From assembly GCA_020722725.1 (NCBI GenBank), contig DYKG01000002.1, forward strand, positions 111,436 to 175,435: DNA of 64,000 nt, read 5' to 3'. Source of the DNA: Candidatus Methylomirabilis sp. GTDB lineage: Bacteria > Muiribacteriota > Ozemobacteria > Ozemobacterales > Ozemobacteraceae. Shown piece after piece: positions 58,331-64,000 of this stretch. A program made the translations under genes and the position numbers. Below the pieces are notes generated by a model. It did no database searches and was not told the DNA's origin. It was given only the letters and a program-made list of their open reading frames with translations. How positions within the stretch are numbered: the first letter of the stretch is position 1; every line of letters starts with the position of its first letter.

Positions 58331-60517
58331 TCAATCAAAATAAGGCGATTTGAAGGTTTTTACTGCCCGGTCAAAAATGGACTGATAATATGAATCATGC
58401 TCGGTACCAACAAAAAATCTCAGCAGAAAAAAAATTCGGTCTTCAAAAGTCAGGTAATCTACAACGGTTACAGGTCCTTTCGTTGAACTTATCAACCATT
58501 TGATCCGGTAAATCTTTCGACCATCAATTTCAATAAGATCTGGCCCTTTGCGCATTTTCAAAGAAAGCTCGGGTGTTTTTTCAAGCTCTGCAGTTCTTTG
58601 GTTGATATGCTCATCAATCAGAGCTTCTGATGATTTATCACTGATTTCAAACATAGCAGTAAATCTTTCTCTGAATGGACCAACTGCAGAAATTTCCTGA
58701 AAATTCGTTTCCGGTTCGTCGATTTTCCAGGCAGCCGGCAATTCCAGTTCAAATGTCTGCGAAGCATTAGTCAAAGATTTAAATTGTGAAACTCTGCCGG
58801 GATACCCCCCGGATCTCTGGTACTGCAATAAACTAAAAATTGAAAATCCGGCAAAGACTGTTACAAAGCAGACAGAAATAACGGTTACCAGTGATTTCAA
58901 AAGGTGATGTCGAAGAACGGGCACGAGAAAAAGACTCAGAATAGCGCCACCAGCCAGACCTCCAAGATGTGCACTATTGTCTACTCCCTTTTCGACTGCC
59001 CCGATCACCAGATTTATTGCCAGAATAAACACCAGAGTGGAAAAATTATTCTGATTCGCCAGCTTTTCTGCGCCTTTTACTTTGAAGACCTCGAGAATTA
59101 TGGCAGAGGACAAAAGTCCAAGAACGGCTGATGATGCCCCGGCAGAAAGAATCTGACCAGAATAGACTGCGGCAAGGCTACCTGTCAGCCCAGAGAAGAA
59201 ATAGATGCCGAGAAAAAGAGGCCAGCCTGTAACCGTCTCAACGGGCGGGCCGAAGTATTTCAACGCAATTATGTTCATAAAAAGATGAACCCAGCCAATA
59301 TGAACGAAAAGACAGGTAAAAAGACGAAAAAACTCGCCTTCTCCCACGAGAAAAGAACTGTTGGAGCCGACCCGTATCAGGGTAACCAAGTCTTCGATAT
59401 TCATGTAAAACATCAGAATCGAAGACAGAATGCCGATAACCCAGACCAGAATATTGGTGCAATATGGCCTTTCTGGTTGATCTGCAACGAATTCACGGTC
59501 AGAAACAAGCAGCTGGTTAAAAACCTGAGTATATTCATTTCGAAGCTTTTCAAGCTGAGTGAGCAATCTTGAAGCAATGAATTCACGGTTTTCAATCAGC
59601 CCAAAAAATCTTTTTCGCATGAAAGGCAGCCAGTTTTCTGCCTCTTCAGATTCTTCACAGCTGCGCATCGCACCGCCCATTATCTTCTCGCCTTCATCAA
59701 ATGAACCAGCATTAAAGCAACAGACGCCTTTCCAGAAGTCTCTTATCGGAACCGGCAATCTCTCGATACCATCTTCCTGAGAACTCAGCAACACTTCCAT
59801 ATCATTGCGCCAGCCTAAGAAAGCAAAAAAGATCATGCGGCTTATAACCAGATTGGCGCGCTTTTCCGGGCTGTAGTCTTCTGGGTCGCCGATTTTCTTT
59901 TCAAGAGCGATTTGCGCCTCAATTGCTTCTTCATACCTGGTAAGCTCAAGATAGGCCCGCACCAGGTATAAAAGCTCTTCGAAGTTGTATTCATCAACAC
60001 TTTTGCCTGCTACCACAAGGTCTCTGACCATGCCTTCGAAATTTCGATTATTGAAGTGAATCAACCCGATAAAAACACGTGTCATCGAATCATAGGGTTC
60101 GCCTTTATTGAGAAGCTTTCTGATTTCCTGTTCAAGCTGAATCGGATCGTCGAGCATTTCTTCAGCAACCTGAGTGATGCGATGCAGGTGAATATTCAAC
60201 TCGCTCCAGGCAAGGTTTGCTTTCCATCTGGCAAGCGGCTCGATTTCAGCAAGTCGGTTCTCCGCCATAAGAACATCGATCTGACGCTGCAGAAACATTG
60301 GCACGATAACAAGCAGAAAAATTCCAGAGATAGAAATGGCAATGGCTACACCGCCCTGAACATCGTAGGCAATAAAAATAACCATCGCAATCAGAAGGGT
60401 AAGAAGCTGAGAAATATAGCCGGAATAATGGCGGTATCCTTTGCGAAACAAAGAAAAAATCATGTAACCGACATTTGCCATTAAAATATACATTACCAGC
60501 CGATATGCCATATCCAT
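58331..60517 (-). CDS. Rhomboid family intramembrane serine protease with large N- and C-terminal extensions
   Basis: GEFFRLFT..FVH.G..HLFMN, GASS (catalytic Ser) and AHLGG motifs. Confidence 0.88.
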   Translation of the reverse strand: MDMAYRLVMYILMANVGYMIFSLFRKGYRHYSGYISQLLTLLIAMVIFIAYDVQGGVAIAISISGIFLLVIVPMFLQRQIDVLMAENRLAEIEPLARWKANLAWSELNIHLHRITQVAEEMLDDPIQLEQEIRKLLNKGEPYDSMTRVFIGLIHFNNRNFEGMVRDLVVAGKSVDEYNFEELLYLVRAYLELTRYEEAIEAQIALEKKIGDPEDYSPEKRANLVISRMIFFAFLGWRNDMEVLLSSQEDGIERLPVPIRDFWKGVCCFNAGSFDEGEKIMGGAMRSCEESEEAENWLPFMRKRFFGLIENREFIASRLLTQLEKLRNEYTQVFNQLLVSDREFVADQPERPYCTNILVWVIGILSSILMFYMNIEDLVTLIRVGSNSSFLVGEGEFFRLFTCLFVHIGWVHLFMNIIALKYFGPPVETVTGWPLFLGIYFFSGLTGSLAAVYSGQILSAGASSAVLGLLSSAIILEVFKVKGAEKLANQNNFSTLVFILAINLVIGAVEKGVDNSAHLGGLAGGAILSLFLVPVLRHHLLKSLVTVISVCFVTVFAGFSIFSLLQYQRSGGYPGRVSQFKSLTNASQTFELELPAAWKIDEPETNFQEISAVGPFRERFTAMFEISDKSSEALIDEHINQRTAELEKTPELSLKMRKGPDLIEIDGRKIYRIKWLISSTKGPVTVVDYLTFEDRIFFLLRFFVGTEHDSYYQSIFDRAVKTFKSPYFD

Positions 60518-60519
60518 AG

Positions 60520-62679
60520 TTATTCTTCCATTATCAGCTGAATTTGCCCGGTTTCCCGGTTAACACCAATTTTGGCAGCCACGCTGCTGCCGTCTTCAAG
60601 AATAAACCCCTTGATAATCCGCGTGGTTTTACCGGCAATTAAAAGATCTATGGCGCCCTGGGGCAGCTTTTTACCGTGAAATTCTTTCCAGACAACGTAG
60701 TGGCAGCCCTCGCGAAAGCGGTTGCATCCGAAACCCCGCGTTCCTTCGATGATCTGGCCTTTGCCACACACCGGACAAACGCCAAAAGTCGGGCGATTTA
60801 CCAAAGCAGGTGGTGGTGCCTTTTTTCCCTGAGGTTTTGGTTGAGGTGAAGCAGCGACCACCGATCTTGAATTTTTAATTTTACTTACTACTGCGGCAAC
60901 AAAGCCGGCGATATCATTCATAAAAGCCGAGGCACTGTCCTTGCCACGGGAAATATCTGAAAGTCTTTTCTCCCAGTTGCCGGTTAGTTCGGGGCTTTTA
61001 ATTTCAGGCTCGGCCAGCGATATAATCTGAATGCCCTTGGGGGTAGGCACCAGTTTTTTCTTATCGCGTTCCATGTAGCCAACGCGAATCAGTTTTTCAA
61101 TTATTTCCGCTCTGGTCGCCGGGGTGCCAAGGCCGCAATCCTTCATGGCATCGCGCAGCTCCTCGTCTTCGACAAGGCGGCCGGCGGTTTCCATGGCCTG
61201 AAGCAGAGTCGATTCGGTGTATGCCGCCGGTGGCCTGGTTTTTCTGGTAAGAATTTCAGCTTTGGCGATATCTCTTGAATCGCCCTTTTTCAGGTCTGGC
61301 AAGGCCTGATCATTCTCTTCGTCGTCATTTTCAGAATCGATTTTTCGCTCTTCGGCCTGGCCTTTGCGGTGGTAGAGAACGCGCCAACCTTCGGCGGTAA
61401 CGACCCTTCCGCCAGCCTTGAGATGGTCTTCGCCGGATTTAATGACGACCTGAGTTGACAGGTATTCGTGATCGGGGAAAAAGGCAGCGAGAAATCGGCG
61501 CACCACCATATCATAAATCTGCTGCTCGGCCAGTGGCCAGGCACTAGTGTCTGCAACTTTCTTTTCAGTCGGAATAATTGCATGATGGTCTGAAACCTTT
61601 GCATCGTTGAAAACGCGCTTGTCTTTCTGGGGTCGGTTTTTTCTCAGGTGATCGAGAAAAGGCTCATATTCACCGGGAATTGCGGCCAGACGCTTTTCAA
61701 TTGTAGGGAAAATGTCGCCGGAAAGGTAGCGGCTGTCGGTTCTGGGGTAAGTAACAACCTTGCGCTTTTCATAAAGAGTTTGCAGTATTGCCAGCGAATC
61801 GGCAGCGGTCATGCCATAGCGGCTGTTAGCTTCGCGCTGCAGGCTGGTCAGGTCGTAAAGAAAAGGTGGTGGCTGTTTTTTCTTGTTCTTTTTTACCGAG
61901 TGAACGGCCGCTTTAGTCCCAGTAAGGCGATCGGCAAGGGCTTGAGCGAATTCAAGCTTATCAATTCGGGTGGGAAATTCCGGTGCATCGGGGTTAAACC
62001 AGACCGCCGAAAAATCGCCGAGATCGGTTGATATTTCCCAGTAATCGCGGGGTACAAAATTTTGAATTTCAAGATGGCGACCAACCACCATGGCCAGGGT
62101 TGGGGTCTGAACCCGGCCAAGAGTGAGCATTTCGTTATTTTTTTTAGTATAAGCCCGGGTAAAATTCATGCCGACGAGCCAGTCGGCCTGACTGCGGCTT
62201 TCAGCGGCCCGTGCCAGGTCATCGTATTTTTCACCGGGCCTCAGGTCAGCAAAACCATCTTTAATCGCTTCATCGGTCATGCTTGAGATCCAGAGACGAC
62301 GAAATGGCCTGGTGCATCTGGCATGCTGATAAACCAGGCGAAAAATCAGTTCGCCTTCGCGCCCGGCATCAGCAGCATTGATGATTTCACCAACATCATC
62401 GCGCTGCATAAGAGAGGCAACGGTATCAAACTGTTCGGCAGCCGATGGTATTTTGGCCAGCACCCATTTCCGGGGCAGCATGGGCAAAGAAGCCAGCGAC
62501 CATTTTTTCCAGTCAGGGTTTTGGATTTCCGGGGCACCGAGAGCGACGAGATGGCCAAAACCCCAGGTGACAATGTAGCCATTGCCTTCCTGGAAACCCT
62601 TTCCCTTGCCGTTTGCGCCGAGAATACGAGCAATGTCCCGGCCAACCGACGGTTTTTCAGCAAAAACCAGAATCTTCAT
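60520..62679 (-). CDS. topB: DNA topoisomerase III
   Basis: AEKPSV, DAGREGELI, RLWISS, GRVQTPTL, TYPRTDS, DHHAIIPT and GLGTPATRA motifs; C-terminal zinc ribbon. Confidence 0.95.
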   Translation of the reverse strand: MKILVFAEKPSVGRDIARILGANGKGKGFQEGNGYIVTWGFGHLVALGAPEIQNPDWKKWSLASLPMLPRKWVLAKIPSAAEQFDTVASLMQRDDVGEIINAADAGREGELIFRLVYQHARCTRPFRRLWISSMTDEAIKDGFADLRPGEKYDDLARAAESRSQADWLVGMNFTRAYTKKNNEMLTLGRVQTPTLAMVVGRHLEIQNFVPRDYWEISTDLGDFSAVWFNPDAPEFPTRIDKLEFAQALADRLTGTKAAVHSVKKNKKKQPPPFLYDLTSLQREANSRYGMTAADSLAILQTLYEKRKVVTYPRTDSRYLSGDIFPTIEKRLAAIPGEYEPFLDHLRKNRPQKDKRVFNDAKVSDHHAIIPTEKKVADTSAWPLAEQQIYDMVVRRFLAAFFPDHEYLSTQVVIKSGEDHLKAGGRVVTAEGWRVLYHRKGQAEERKIDSENDDEENDQALPDLKKGDSRDIAKAEILTRKTRPPAAYTESTLLQAMETAGRLVEDEELRDAMKDCGLGTPATRAEIIEKLIRVGYMERDKKKLVPTPKGIQIISLAEPEIKSPELTGNWEKRLSDISRGKDSASAFMNDIAGFVAAVVSKIKNSRSVVAASPQPKPQGKKAPPPALVNRPTFGVCPVCGKGQIIEGTRGFGCNRFREGCHYVVWKEFHGKKLPQGAIDLLIAGKTTRIIKGFILEDGSSVAAKIGVNRETGQIQLIMEE

Positions 62680-62853
62680 GGCATTATGCTACATGATGAA
62701 TTTTTCAATGTCCAGAAAAGAGAATTCGGAAAATGATTAATTATTTGGTCGTGCATACCGATTGGTTTTATATTATAATGAGTTTAGAAGACATTAACTG
62801 TTTTGCTGTACGCAGCAGAATTTGTTCAGCTCCACCACGCAGGAGGGTTTACT

Positions 62854-64000
62854 ATGGCGACCTTCAGTTATAAGGCAAGAAACTGGGATGGTAAGATTGT
62901 TTCTGCCGAAATGGAAGGCGAAAGCAAAGACGTTTGCATTGCCAAGTTGCGAGAAAAAGGCTATTTCGTCACCAGCATCGCGGAAAAGAAGGGTTCTGGT
63001 GGCATTTCTTTCAGTTTTCTTCAACGCGGTGTTTCTTCTCAGGAAGTCAGTATTTTCGCGAGACAATTTGCAACCATGATCGGTTCGGGTGTTCCGTTGG
63101 TACGCTGTTTGACGATTCTTCAGGCTCAGTCCGAGAATCCGACATTCAAGAAGATAATAACTCAGATTAGAACCGACGTTGAAGGCGGTTCTACCTTTTC
63201 CAAGGCTCTTGAGAAGCATCCGAAAGTTTTCAGCGATCTTTTCTGTTCTCTTGTTAAAGCCGGCGAAATCGGCGGTATTCTTGACCAGATTCTCGAAAGG
63301 CTTGCCGACTATCTTGAAAGTTCAGAATCGCTTAAAGCAAAAGTTAAGGGCGCATTGACTTACCCGGTAGTAGTATTCGGTATTGCGACCCTGGTCGTTG
63401 TAGCTCTGGTAATGTTCGTTCTGCCACAGTTCAAAGAAATCTTCATGGGTATGAACGTTGAACTGCCGCTTGCAACTACCCTGCTGTTGGCAACTTCAGA
63501 CTTCATGATTTCATGGTGGTTTATCATCATCCCCAGTATGGTTGCAGTGCCAATTCTAGTCTGGAATTTTTTCCAGACAAAAACAGGTGCGCGCATTTTT
63601 GATACCAATATTCTTCGTATGCCGGCGATCGGTATGATGATGAGAAAAGTTGCGGTTGCAAAATTCACCCGAACGCTTGGTACGCTTATCGCTTCAGGGG
63701 TTCCGATTCTTCAGGCTCTTGAAGTTACTGCTCAGACTGCAGGTAACGTGGTTATCGCCGAAGCGGTTGATAAAACTCGCGTATCGATTCGTGAAGGGGA
63801 ATCAATTGCTGACCCGTTGAAGAACTCAGGGGTTTTCCCGCCGATGGTCGTTCAGATGATCGCGGTAGGAGAAGAAACCGGGGAACTTGATAAAATGCTT
63901 TCAAAAATCGCAGACTTCTATGATACAGAAGTTGATACGGCGGTTAAAGGTCTGACATCAGTTATCGAACCGGTCGTTATCGTGTTCATGGGCATAGTAA
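62854..64000 (+). CDS. pilC: Second PilC/GspF platform protein (runs off window end)
   Basis: Not in ORF track. AGGAGG RBS; MATFSYKARNWDGK...FARQFATMIGSGVPL...KAGEIGGILD.ILERLA...KGALTYP...GVPILQAL...VGEETGELD.ML. Confidence 0.93.
   Translation, partial: MATFSYKARNWDGKIVSAEMEGESKDVCIAKLREKGYFVTSIAEKKGSGGISFSFLQRGVSSQEVSIFARQFATMIGSGVPLVRCLTILQAQSENPTFKKIITQIRTDVEGGSTFSKALEKHPKVFSDLFCSLVKAGEIGGILDQILERLADYLESSESLKAKVKGALTYPVVVFGIATLVVVALVMFVLPQFKEIFMGMNVELPLATTLLLATSDFMISWWFIIIPSMVAVPILVWNFFQTKTGARIFDTNILRMPAIGMMMRKVAVAKFTRTLGTLIASGVPILQALEVTAQTAGNVVIAEAVDKTRVSIREGESIADPLKNSGVFPPMVVQMIAVGEETGELDKMLSKIADFYDTEVDTAVKGLTSVIEPVVIVFMGIV

Noticed and set aside
1-64000. Many short antisense or nested ORFs in the track, and extended starts at 4701, 8163, 10040, 13300, 19656, 39158 and 55632
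   Set aside because: They shadow well-supported genes; downstream starts have RBS, signal-peptide or prepilin support.
1-64000. Alternative genetic code or programmed readthrough
   Set aside because: Conserved genes are full length under the standard bacterial code, and TAA, TAG and TGA all act as stops.

Overview
Gene-dense chromosomal window from a diderm bacterium (it encodes a secretin and a C-terminal-Phe beta-barrel protein); the lineage cannot be fixed from the sequence alone. I found no rRNA, tRNA, CRISPR array, transposase, integrase or prophage. The left end holds housekeeping genes (ispE partial, ispD, xseB, xseA, accC, an AccB-like gene). Most of the rest is type IV filament and envelope biology: a minor-pilin operon led by a NamZ-like gene; two tandem Flp pilins behind a sigma-54 promoter and next to a GT-C transferase; and a pilB-pilC-[AT-rich glycosylation cassette with an STT3/AglB-like oligosaccharyltransferase]-pilin-pilMN-pilO-pilP-lipoprotein-secretin locus, with a second pilC at the right edge. 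Also present are TPR/HEAT proteins, PrsW, a rhomboid, NagZ, a SpoIIE-type phosphatase, CheR, a 1979-aa Ig-repeat lipoprotein, rnhA and topB. Best candidates for new biology: (1) a pilus-linked glycosylation system whose OST has lost the WWD sequon-reading motif; (2) a BCCP homolog lacking the biotinyl-lysine motif, encoded next to accC; (3) a zinc-ribbon PrsW protease paired with a zinc-ribbon/TM/beta-propeller protein; (4) an unassigned structured intergenic RNA candidate. All family calls come from reading motifs by eye, not from database searches.
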